NCBI RefSeq assembly: GCF_964355755.1
Contig: NC_092672.1
Span: forward strand, 3,968,001-4,032,000
Source: Antedon mediterranea
Lineage: Eukaryota; Animalia; Echinodermata
DNA: 64,000 nt
Reading direction: 5' to 3'
Numbering within the stretch: the first letter of the stretch is position 1; the number at the start of each line of letters is the position of its first letter. The notes beneath the pieces are model-generated. The model searched no databases. It was not told the DNA's origin and saw only the letters and a list, made by a program, of their open reading frames with translations. Below are positions 1 through 12,517 of the stretch, piece by piece. A program made the position numbers and the translations under genes.

Positions 1-337
1 GCATACACACTTTTTAAGAAATATGAAGCACCAAGTTGATTGACGTTCAGAAATAGACCAATCAGCATCTTCCTATTATTTTACCTAATGGGAAGAATTC
101 TTAATTATCTATGTTCACATGTGAGAGGGAGGTAGTTTATTGAACTTGAACAAAAACTGCAGAAGTCATCGGATATTGCAGTTCCGATTAGTAATCCGGT
201 TTGAATAGTTCCCTTTCCTAATGTTATTGTAACACAAAGAGCCGGTCTAATAAAGGTACTTAACAAGTTCAAAAGTCGTGGGAATCGCATGATATGTCCT
301 TTACATTGTGGTATAATATCAGAAAATGGACAAATTA

Positions 338-403
338 GGGAATTTTCGATTGCAAAATCACAACATATTGTTTACACGTGAGGAACAGATTTCATCTATA
401 AAA
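338..403 (+). promoter_or_regulatory. Proximal Pol II promoter of C1qDC gene 1, repeated before all nine genes
   Basis: GGGAATTTTC (kB-like, 338-347) next to ATTGCAAAAT (C/EBP-like), CACGTG E-box (375-380) and TATAAAA (397-403), ~100 nt before the exon-1 ATG. TGACGT and CCAAT lie further upstream (41-62). The block precedes each paralog. Confidence 0.6.
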
Positions 404-501
404 GTCAAGTGAATATTGAAACTGGATTTATACATACAACAGCAGATGACAGGGAAACATCCAGTTTACAGATCAACAGAAAAGACATTCAGAAAACAAC
501 A

Positions 502-2169
502 ATGTATCTCAGGTAAGTAAATTGTTATTTTAGGTTTTAATAATATTTAGGATGATATATGGTGCTACTGTACTTTAGCACTGCTACTCTGTACTTTGAC
601 ATACTGTCTTTTACTGTAGTACTAATTTGTTAGAATTCTGTAACCTTCCTTGTATAGTATATGTTGGCTGTGGGAAGGAAAAACAATATTAAAACACACA
701 AAAGGTACAATATGGGTCATGTGTACTCCAGTTAGGAATGAAATACAACTGAAGATCATTTAATACAAGTCAATTTCTGTTATTCTTTTACCATTAATGT
801 TCTATTTAGCATATCTGAAATCATTTTTTTTATACATTAACATTTTGTCACCGATTATTGTAAACTGGAGTCCATTCTAAACACAGTGAAATGAGCTGTT
901 AGGAGCTCAATGTTATAAGACATTATGTGATAGGCTGGCCAATTCCTTTCCATGCCGTATTATGCTTCCTAACATTTTCAATCAGGTACTCATTTACAGC
1001 TGAGCTGTTCTTATTGGGAAATTAACTTGGGTCTTATATCATATTCAAACATCTTGTTTGGCTTAGTTATGTTTTTTCCTTGTACAACTGGACAGCCAGG
1101 CTGCTTCTTGGTCCTGAGAATCGTATGTATGCTGTGAAATAAAAGGGTTGCAGAATGCTGGCTAATGATGACATCATGATCAGTGTGCAAAACATACTTT
1201 GACGAAACTCTGCTAGACAATGACTAATGGATTGCAACCTTTTTTTTAAATGAAAGGGGTATTTTTATAAATATGGTAGATTGGAAGAGTGCAATTATTA
1301 CTAAAATTTTTTCGAGGGGAAAAAGTTAACTTACAGTTTTTATATTGAATTTCAGATTTAATATGATGTTAACAATTGTGATACAGATTAGTATAATCTA
1401 TGTCATCAAATCAGCAGCTCAAACCAATTCTGAAGCTTGTAATAGCTGTTGTACAGCTGGGGTTCCTGGCATTCCAGGAAATCATGGTAATCCAGGTGCA
1501 ATAGGGCCACAAGGAATGAATGGAATACAAGGAATGAAAGGAGAACAAGGAATTAATGGAGAACAAGGAATTAATGGAGAACAAGGAATTAATGGAGAAC
1601 AAGGAATAAAAGGAGAACAAGGATTGAATGGAGAACAGGGAATGAAAGGAGATAATGGAAGCAATGGCTTAGATGGGATTCCTGGTAAATTAGGACCAAA
1701 AGGACCTCAAGGCCTCATTGGACTACCAGGTGCAAATGGTGTAAAAGGAGAAAAGGGTGAACAAGCTAGTCAGCAGAAATCTGCTTTTTCAGTAGTTTTT
1801 ACATCAAACCCAGGTCGTCACGCCATTAGCCCAATGAAGTACGACACAATAATTTCAAATGTAGGAAATCCCTACAACAAAGAAACAGGAAAGTTTGTCT
1901 GTACAATTCCAGGTGTTTATGTATTCCAGGTGACATCAATGAAATCAACTGGTGGAAAAATTCTAACAGCAATCAAGAAAAATGGGAATATTCAAATGAC
2001 CACAAGGATGGATGCTGCTGGGTATAATTCTGCAAGTACAATGGTGGTTCTTGATCTGGTATCAGGTGATGAAGTTTGGACTGAGCCATATAATTCAGGC
2101 ACTAACTATTACCAAAGTGACAGCAACAGATACTGCTCATTTTCTGGTTTCTTACTTTATGCAGCATAA
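502..2169 (+). CDS. C1qDC gene 1: secreted collagen + gC1q (C1q/TNF-related-like) protein, join(502..512,1356..2169), 274 aa, 34 Gly-X-Y
   Basis: ATGTATCTCAG|GTAAGT ... TTTCAG|A gives [14 protein letters not shown]. Hydrophobic signal peptide, CNSCC motif, Gly-X-Y run, gC1q motifs ([40 protein letters not shown]). Confidence 0.93.
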
Positions 2170-3840
2170 AGTAAACATACAAATACATGTATTGCTTTAA
2201 TCAATTAATTTGCAAATAGGCATAAAAAAAAGGGTAAAAAATCAGACTTTGAATACTGTAGGCTATTTTGCAGTTTTAATTAATCACTTCCATAGAAGAA
2301 CAAATGTTAAAAATAATGCTTTTACTTATAAAAAAACCCCCCAAATATACAGTTAAATTTAACCACAAACCCATTGGCTGGCAGGAAATTCACCTATTTC
2401 CACCCCACCCATTTTTGGTCAAAGTAAATAACTATTACATTAACATTTTCTTTTAGAAAGGTTAGTGATTTTTTATGTGAATTTTACTTACCAGTTAAAA
2501 AATTATAGATTTAACATTTATTTCATTCAAACTAAATGTTGTAAGTATATTTTAGAAATAAAAATATTAATATTCCGTATTTTGAGTGGATCATTATGTT
2601 GAACTATGAACTATATATGGTATAATTGTTTATGTGAGGTGAGAAAGTTGGATAAAAATCAAAGCCTCTTCTTTTTTTTAAAGTTTTTAATTCTTTGCTT
2701 GGCACACTTTATTTTATAAAATTCATATGAATCATAATATTGCTCATGACGACACTGGAAACCAGTTTGTTACAACTCGACATATAACTTTGCATAAAAT
2801 ATAAAACAGAACTGAACGTTAGAGGAAACATACCGTTAGAGGAAACAATAAACTCTGATAAAAAGAATTAAATATTTGACATACTACAAAAAATGCACTA
2901 AACATAAAAGAAAACATAACAAAATGGTAAAAAATACTGAAGAAGATTTTGAAAACTATGAAAACTAGAGAAATAAAAACACCTCCAAAATATTTAGACG
3001 AATTATATACCAAAGAAATATGAAGAGGCTTAAAAACAGGATCAATCATATTAATATTGACTACAGTAAAAAACAAAATATGGAAACATAACATTTACAT
3101 ATGTTGTTTTACATACTGTAATGGGATGAATAATATAAATATTTGAGTACAGTAAGAAATATGTTAATATAACATTAAATATTCTGTTTTACATACTCTG
3201 TATGTGGGACAAATTATATAAATATTTGACTACATTTACATATTTTGTTTTGCATACTACTGTAATGGACAAATTATATTTATGTTTGGCTGGAGTAAGT
3301 AACAATGCTCTTCAGTGTAAGAACTGACATGAATGCGCATACACACTTTTTAAGAAACACGAAGCATCAAGTTGATTGACGTTCAGAAATAGACCAATCA
3401 GTATCTTCCTATTATTTTACCTGATGGGAAGAATTAGTAATTATCTATGTTCACATGTGAGAGGGAGGTAACTTCACAAAAACTGCGGAAGTCATCGGAT
3501 ATTGAAGTTTTGATTAGTAATCCGGTTTGAATATGTTCCCTTTCCTAATGTTATTTTAACACAAAGAGCCGGTCTAATAAAGGTACTTGTTTGTTTAAAA
3601 AAAAACATTTAACAAGTTCAAAAGTCGTGGGAATCGCATGATATGTCCTGTATAATATCAGCAAATGGACAAATTAGGGAGTTTTCGATTGCAAAATGAC
3701 AACATATTGTTTACACGTGAGGAACAGATTTCATCTATAAAAGTCGAGTGAAAATTGAAACTGGATTTATTCATACAACAGCAGATGACAGGGAAACATC
3801 CAGTTTACAGATCAACAGAAAAGACATCCAGAATACAACA

Positions 3841-5451
3841 ATGTATCTCCGGTAAGTAAATTGTTATTTTAGCTTTTAATAATATTTAGGATATTTGGTG
3901 CTACTGTACTTTGGCACTGCTACTCTGTACTTTGACATTACTGTCTTTTACCGTAGTACTGATTTGTTAGAATTCTGTAACCTTCCTTGTATATGTTGCC
4001 GGTGGGAAGGAAAAAACAATATTAAAACACACAGAAGGTACAATATGGGTGTACTCCAGTTAGGAATGCAATACAACTGAAGATCATTTAATACAAGTCA
4101 ATTTCTGTTTAAATATTCTTTTACCATTGTGTTCTATTTAGCATATCTGAAATCATTTTTTTTTATACATTAACATTTTGTCACCGATTATTGTAAGGTA
4201 AACTGGAGTCCATTCTAAACACAGTTTAATGAGCTGTTAAGACTTAGCATTATGTGTTTCCACGCTGTATTATCCTTCCTAACATGTACTCATTTACAGC
4301 TGAGCTGTTCTTATTGGGAAATTAACTTGGGTCTTATACTGTATAATATCATATTCAAACTTTTTGGTAGGCTTAGTTATGTTTTTTCCTTGTACAACTG
4401 GACAGCCAGGCTGCTTCTTGATCTTGGGAATCTTATGTAGGCTGTGAAATAAAAGGGTTGCAGAATGCTGGCTAATGATGACATCATGATCAGTGTGCAA
4501 AACCTACTTTGACGAAACTCTGCTAGACAATGACTAATGGATTGCCTTTTTTAAAAATTTAATAAAAAGGGTATTTTTATAAGTATGGTAGATATGATGC
4601 AATTATTACTAAAATGTGTTAGGAGAAAAAGTTAACATACAGTTTTTATATTGAATTTCAGATTTAATATGATGTTAACAATTGTGATACAGATTAGTAT
4701 AATCTATGTCATCAAATCCGCAGCTCAAACCAATTCTGAAGCTTGTAATAGCTGTTGTACAGCTGGGGTTCCTGGTATTCCAGGAAATCATGGAAATCCA
4801 GGTGCAGCAGGGCCACAAGGAATGAGTGGAGTGAAAGGAGAACAAGGAATGAATGGAGAACAAGGAATGAAAGGAGAACAAGGATTGAATGGAGAACAAG
4901 GAATGAAAGGAGAACAAGGAATGAATGGAGATAATGGAAGCAATGGCTTAGATGGGACTCCTGGAAAGTTAGGACCAACTGGACCCCAAGGTATTGTTGG
5001 ATTACCAGGTGCAAATGGTGTAAAGGGAGAAAAGGGTGAACAATCTAGTCAGAAGAAATCTGCTTTTTCAGTAGTTTTTACTACAGACCCAGGTCGTCAT
5101 GCCATTAGCCCAATGAAGTATAACACAATAATTACAGATGTAGGAAATCACTACAACAAAGAAACAGGCAAGTTTGTCTGTACAATTCCAGGTGTTTATG
5201 TATTCCAGGTGACACCAATGAAATCAAGTGGTGGTGGTCAAATTTTAACAAGAATCATGAAAAATGGCCATATTCAAATGTCTGCATGGATGAGTGCTTC
5301 AGGGTATAATTCTGTAAGCACAATGGTGGTTCTTGATCTGATATCAGGTGATCAAGTATGGACTCAGCCAGGTAGTTCAAACACTAACTATTACCTCAGT
5401 GACGGCAACAGATTCTGCTCATTCTCTGGTTTCTTACTTTATGCAGCATAA
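3841..5451 (+). CDS. C1qDC gene 2, join(3841..3851,4662..5451), 266 aa, 31 Gly-X-Y
   Basis: Same 11-nt first coding exon (ATGTATCTCCG|GTAAGT), phase-2 intron, open collagen + gC1q exon. Confidence 0.93.
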
Positions 5452-6374
5452 AGTAAACATAAACAAATACTTTTATTTTTTTAAACAATTAATTTGCAAA
5501 TAGGCATCTAGAAGTCAAACTATAAATGTCAAAAATTAAAAATGTATTTTCCCTCAAAAACATGAAAAATTAAGATACAAAAATCAGACTTTTAATACTG
5601 TATACTGAGGACAAATATTAATATTATTATATTTTGGAGTTTTAATAAAGTTAATCATTTCCATAGAAAAATAAATTTAAAAATAATGCTTTCATTTTAT
5701 AAAAAAACCCAAAATTATACAGTTAAATTCAACCAATTCAACAGCCAATTTGCTGATTCACCCTCCCTCGAAATAAGTAAATAACCATCTTTTATTTGAC
5801 ATTAACATTTTTTTAGAAAGGTTAGTTTATTTCATTCAAACTAAATGTTGGAAGTATATATTACAAATAAAAATATTAATATTCAGTATATTGAGTAAAT
5901 CATTATGTTGAACTATGAACTATATATGGTATAATTGTTTATGTGAGGTGAGAAAATTGGATAAAAATCAAAGCCTCTTCTTTTTTTAAAGTTTTCAATT
6001 CTTTGCATGGCACACTTTATTTTATAAAATTCATATGAATCACAATATTGCTCATGACGACACTGGAAACCAGTTTGTTACAACTTGACATATAACTTTG
6101 CATAAAATACAAAACAGAACTGAACGTTAGAGGAAACAATAAATTCTGATAAAAGAATATTTGACATACTACAAAAATGCACTAAACATAAACGAAAACA
6201 TGACAAAATGATGAAAAATACTGAAGAGGATTTTGAAAACTATGAGAACTAGAGAAATACAAACACCAAAATATTTAGATGAATTATATACCAATGAAAT
6301 ATGAAGAAGCTTAAAAACAGGATAAATCATATTCATATTGAGTACAGTAAGAAACAAAATATGTAAACATAACA

Positions 6375-6680
6375 TTTACATATTCTGTTTTACATATTTA
6401 TACTGTATGTGAGACAAGTTATATAAATATTTGACTAAATTTACACATTTTGTTTTACATATTTATACTGTATGTGGGACAAATTATATAAATATTTGAC
6501 TAAATTTACACATTTTGTTTTACATATTTATACGGTATGTGGGACAAATTATATAAATATTTGACTAAATTTACACATTTTGTTTTACATATTTATACGG
6601 TATGTGGGACAAATTATATAAATATTTGACTACATTTACATATTTTGTTTTACATACTACTGTAATGGGACAAATTATAT
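6375..6680. repeat. Tandem repeat, ~61-bp unit, ~5 copies (local expansion of a degenerate array found upstream of every C1q promoter)
   Basis: Repeated TTTACACATTTTGTTTTACATATTTATAC(T/G)GTATGTGGGACAAATTATATAAATATTTGACTA. Confidence 0.85.
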
Positions 6681-7249
6681 TTATATTTGGCTGGAGTAAA
6701 TAACTACAACATATGCTCTTCAGTGTAAGAACTTGTGACATGAATGCGCATACACACTTTTTAAGAAACATGAAGCACCAAGTTGATTGACGTTCAGAAA
6801 TAGACCAATCAGCATCTTCCTATTATTTTACCTAATGGAAAGAATTATTGATTATCTATGTTCACATGTGAGAGGGAGGTACTTCACAAAAACTGCGGAA
6901 GTCATCGGATATTGAAGTTTCGATTAGTAATCCGGTTTAAATAGTTCCCTTTCCTAATGTTATTGTAACACAAAGAGCCGGTCTAATAAAGGTACTTGTT
7001 TCTTTAAAAAAAAACATTTAACAAGTTCAAAAGTCGTGGGAATCGCATGATATGTCCTGTATAATATCAGCAAATGGACAAATTAGGGAGTTTTCGATTG
7101 CAAAATGACAACATATTGTTTACACGTGAGGAACAGATTTCATCTATAAAAGTCGAGTGAAAATTGAAACTGGATTTATTCATACAACAGCAGATGACAG
7201 GGAAACATCCAGTTTACAGATCAACAGAAAAGACATCCAGAATACAACA

Positions 7250-9025
7250 ATGTATCTCCGGTAAGTAAATTGTTCTTTAAGCTTTTAATAATATTTAGGA
7301 TGATATTTGGTGCTACTGTACTTTAGCACTGCTACTCTGTACTTTGACATTACTGTCTTTTACTGTAGTACTGATTTGTTAGAATTCTGTAACCTTCCTT
7401 GAACATGTTGGCAGTGAGAAGGAAAAACAATATTAAAACACACAAAAGGTACAATATGGGTCGTGTGTACTCCAGTTAGGAATGCAATACAACTGAAGAT
7501 CATTTAATACAAGTCAATTTCTGTTTAAATATTCTTTTACCATTGTGTTCTATTAGCCTATTTGAGATTATTTTATTATATACCTTAACATTTTGTCACC
7601 GATGTGAAATTATTGTAAGGCAAACTGAAGTCCATTCTAAAAAAAGTGGAATAAGCTGTTAGGAGCTCAACGTAATAAGCCTTAGCATTACGTGGTAGGC
7701 TGGCCAGGTCCTTTCCATGTCGCCTTATCCTTCGTAGCATTTTCAATCAGATACTCATTTACAGCTGAGTTGTTTTTATCTGGAAATTAGCTTGGGTCTT
7801 TCTGTATGATAGTCAAGTGTCCAACCACTCAGCTACCAAACTTCTTCGGCTAACAAATTATTATAAATATCATATTTAAAACTTCTTGTTGGGCTTAGTT
7901 ATGTTGTTTCCTTGTACAACTGGACAGCTTATTGCTCCAGGGAGAATCGTATGTAGGCTGTGAAATAAAAGGATTACAGAATGCTGGCTGATGAACATAC
8001 TTTGAAAAAACCCTGCTTGACAATGATTGATTCCAAACATTTTTTTTTACAAAATTTTAATACGGGGTATTTTTTGCTTCATTTTGATATAAACAAGTTT
8101 GGTTGATAAGAGTGTAATTATTACTGAATGTGTTAAGGGGTATAATTAATAATAACATACAGTGTTTATATTGAATTTCAGATTTAATATGATATTAACA
8201 ATGGTGATACAGATTAGTATAATCTATGTCATCAAATCAGCAGCTCAAACCAATTCTGAAGCTTGTAATAGCTGTTGTACAGCTGGGGTTCCTGGCATTC
8301 CAGGAAATCATGGAAATCCAGGTACATCAGGGCCACAAGGAATGAATGGAGAAAAAGGAATGAATGGAGTGAAAGGAGAACAAGGAATGAATGGAGAACA
8401 AGGATTGAAAGGAGATAATGGAAGGAATGGAGAACAAGGAATGAATGGAGAACAAGGAATGACAGGAGACCCGGGAATGAAAGGAGAACAAGGAATAACA
8501 GGAGATGATGGAAGGAATGGCTTAGATGGGTCTCCTGGAAAGTTAGGACCAACTGGACCTCAAGGCCTCATTGGACTACCAGGTACAAATGGTGTAAAAG
8601 GAGAAAAGGGTGAACAAGCTAGTCAGCAGAAATCTGCCTTTTCAGTATTTTTTACATCAAACCCAGGTCGTCATGCCGTTAGCCCAATGAAGTATAACAC
8701 AGTAATTACAGATGTAGGAAATCACTACAACAAAGAAACAGGAAAGTTTGTCTGTGAAATTCCAGGTGTTTATGTATTCCAGGTGACATCAATGAAATCA
8801 AATGGTAGTGGTAAAATTTTAACAAGAATCATGAAAAATGGCAATAATCAAATGTCTGCATGGATGAGTGCTTCAGGGCATAATTCTGTAAGTACAATGG
8901 TGGTTCTTGATCTGGTATCAGGTGATCAAGTATGGACTCAGCCACATAGTTCAAGCCATAACTATTACTACAGTGACAGTGACAGATACTGCTCATTCTC
9001 TGGTTTCTTACTTTATGCAGCATAA
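7250..9025 (+). CDS. C1qDC gene 3, join(7250..7260,8182..9025), 284 aa, 37 Gly-X-Y
   Basis: Same exon/intron layout; ORF 8162..9025 contains exon 2. Confidence 0.93.
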
Positions 9026-9546
9026 AGCAAACATATACAAATAATTGTATTGTTTTAAACAATTAATTTGCAAATAGGCATCTAGAAGTCAAACTATATA
9101 AATGTCACAAGCTACATTACTATTAATTAAATGTTTGTCCCCAAAAACATGAAGATAACAAACTTTGAATACTGAAGGCTATATTGCAGTTTTAATAAAG
9201 TTAATCGCTTCCATAGAAGAACAAATTTTTTTAAATGCTTTTACTAAATATATAGTTAAATTCAACCAAAAACCCATTGGGTGGCAGCCAATTTTCTATT
9301 TTCTATTCCCCACCTATCTCCCACAATTGTTGGTCAAAATAAATAACTACTTTTTATGTGACATTAACATTTTTTAGAAAGGTTAGTGATTTTTTAGGTA
9401 ATTTTACTTACCAGTTGAAAAATTATAAATGTAACATTTATTTAAACTTATTTAGAACTAAATTTTTGTAAGTATATATTACAAATAAAAATATTAATAT
9501 TCAGCATTTTGAGTGGATCATTTGTTTGAACTATGAACGATATATG

Positions 9547-11299
9547 CAGGCCCGTATGCAGCATTTATAATGGGGGGGTGAGAGCGAAGCGAGCAACAAT
9601 GGCTGGGGGCCAGGGGGCCGCCAAGGGCCCCCGGTCAGGGTCCAGGGGCCGAAGGCCCTCGAAAAATTTGCGTTATTTGACGTTCTAAAGACTGATGTAA
9701 GACTCTCTGTTGTGGCTTGGGCTAGTTGAACGATGGACACCAGAACTTAACGCTTTCATGATGAGGCCAACTCAGCAGGGGTGGCGCCAGGATCTTCCCG
9801 ACGCGGGGGCTACATTCCCCGACGAGGGGGCTATGCGAGCAAAGCGAGCATCACTAGGCTGAGGGCCAGGGGCCGCCAAGGGCCCCCGGTGGGGGTCCAG
9901 GGGGCGAAGCCCCCGGAAGCAACGCGTTCTAGCGTCATTTGAGGTCTTTTTAATCAGATTTAGGGTAGCCATTTTTTATAATGCATAAAAAAAATACTGC
10001 GTGCAAAAAAACGATGCGCGATGACGGTTTCAATCCATATTTTTCAATTTAAAAAATAAAAGTTCAAAGAAAATTTTGAAAAATAGAGTTGGAGGTCCCG
10101 GAAATTGGACTTATTATACTTCAAAACATGAAAAAAAATATATAAGTCCCTATCATGGGTTGTGACTGAGCTAAGAAATGTTTGAAAAATAGAGATGTTA
10201 GGTCCCGGAAAATGTACTTCTTGTTCTTCGAAATATGACCAGCTTTATTGTTGGGGCTGAGCTAAGAAAATGTTTAAAACTAGAGCTGCAGGTCTTCAAA
10301 AAATTGCATTTTATACTTTGGAAACATCAGGCCTAGAGGCTTAAAAAACGCAAGCGTAGACCTTTTTCAGTCGGGGAAAAAAGTTTATTCCTCCCAGGTG
10401 TATGCATGCGTACCATCTGGACTTCCGAGTGGTGAGAAATTCATGACATACAGGATATTGAAAATGTAATAACTATAGCTATAATGTTGGCTAAGCGAAA
10501 ATGGCATGTTTTTTTGTTTAGTAATGGATGACAAATTTATTTTAGGTGCCCCACGGTACAGAAGGTTACTTGTAAATTAAAAAATTGGTGAACAAACGAA
10601 CAATTACCATAATTCGTTTTTGCTGTAGTGTAGCGTACGTCGACGCAGTACACGACGTAACCGTCGGTAAACTTCGCCTGGAAAATAACACATTACACAT
10701 TTTGGTCCCTGGATGAAACTTGATATCACGCGTCTCGACCCAACGTTGAACGATTCGTACAAAGGGATACCGCCAGACAAGTGCGTACCTAGCTATTGTT
10801 TAGTAGTAAGTTAGATCGCTGGCAATAATGAATGCATATAAAGTGCATAATATCACTCTGACGTACTCTCACGGTCAATGAAACGTCGCGGTTTTCTAGG
10901 CGCTGAAGCTAGCTACGAAGTGAACGCGAACGCTTTTTACTGTATATTATATTCCCCGACAAAAAGTACACGTGTTCCCTGACGTTAAGTTGTCTGTATT
11001 TCTCCAGCAAACACTTTACCGCGTACCGCGTACATGAAGCGCTAAGCTATTGCTTGTCGTCACATGATCGACTGCGCATGTTTTACATCGAGTTTGTAGT
11101 CCGTTCAGATTCCGTAATTTAATTACCGGTATTTTTTCATTTTATATTAGCATATTTTTGTTTGTATACCATTGATAATGTAAATTTTGTATATATATAT
11201 TTATTGACAAGAAAAAATACCAACCGAGGAAATAGTGGACCTTTTGGGACTTGGGGGGGTGCGTCTGCACCCAACGCACCCCCCCTGGATACGGGCCTG
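9547..11299. mobile_element. Non-autonomous TIR element (hAT-like, 5-bp TSD), probably composite
   Basis: TIRs CAGGCCCGTATGCAG / CTGGATACGGGCCTG; ATATG duplicated on both sides. Empty site AACTATATATGGTATAATTG in paralogous spacers (e.g. ~2610, ~5920). A second CAGGGGTGGCGCCAGG end at ~9776 and a duplicated GC-rich block. Confidence 0.8.
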
Positions 11300-12517
11300 A
11301 TATGGTATAATTGTTTATGTGATGTGAGAAAGTTGGATAAAAATCAAAGGATCTTCTTCTTTTAAGTTTTGAATTCTTTGCTTGGCACACTTTATTTTAT
11401 AAAATTCAGATGAATCACAATATTGCTCATGATGACACTGGAAACCAGTTTGTTACAACTTGACAAATAACTTTTTCATAAAATACAAAACAGAGCTGAA
11501 CGTTTAAAGGAAACAATAAATTCTGATATAAATAATTAAATATTTGAAAAACCACAAAAAATGCACTAAACATAAAGAAAACTTGACAAAATGGTAAAAA
11601 ATACTGAAGAGGATTTTGAAAACTATGAAAACTAGAGAAATAAAAATACCTCCAAAATATTTAGACGAATTATATACCAATGAAATATGAAGAAGCTTAA
11701 AAACAGGATAAATCATATTCATATTGACTACAGTAAGAAACAAAATATATAAACATAACATTTACATATGTTGTTTTACATACTGTAATGGGATGAATAA
11801 TATAAATATTTGAGTACAGTAAGAAATATGTTAATATAACATTAAATATTCTGTTTTACATACTCTGTATGTGGGACAAATTATATAAATATTTGACTAC
11901 ATTTACATATTTTGTTTTGCATACTACTGTAATGGGACGAATTATATTTATTTTTGGCTGGAGTAAGTATTACAATATATGCTCTTCAGTGTAATAACTG
12001 ACATGCATGCGCATACACATTTTTTAAGAAACACGAAGCAGCAAGTTGATTGACGTTCAGAAATAGACCAATCAGCATCTTCCTATTATTTTACCTGATG
12101 GGAAGAATTAGTAATTATCTATGTTCACATGTGAGAGGGAGGTAACTTCACAAAAACTGCGGAAGTCATCGGATATTGAAGTTTCGATTAGTAATCCGGT
12201 TTGAATAGTTCCCTTTCCTAATGTTATTGTAACACAAAGAGCCGGTCTAATAAATGATAACCACAGGTACTTGTTTGTTTAGAAAAAAACATTTAACAAG
12301 TTTGAAAGTCGTGGGAATCGCATTTGTCCTTTACATTATGGTGGAAATTTCAGCAAATGGAAAAATTAGGGAATTTGTACATACTGTTTACAGGTGAGGA
12401 ACAGATTTCATCTATTAAAGTCGAGTGAAAATTGAAACTGGATTTATTCATACAACAGCAGATGACAGGGAAACATCCAGTTTACAGATCAACAGAAAAG
12501 ACATTCAGAAAACAACA

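Noticed and set aside
1345-1355. TTG/GTG start 'MNFR'/'MFILNFR' given by the ORF track for the C1q genes
   Set aside because: Lies in the intron's acceptor region; the conserved upstream ATG exon splices in frame.
2819-3094. Hydrophobic minus-strand ORFs in C1q spacers (also 6169, 11504, 36742, 50711)
   Set aside because: A-rich spacer read backwards; paralogous copies have frame-breaking indels.
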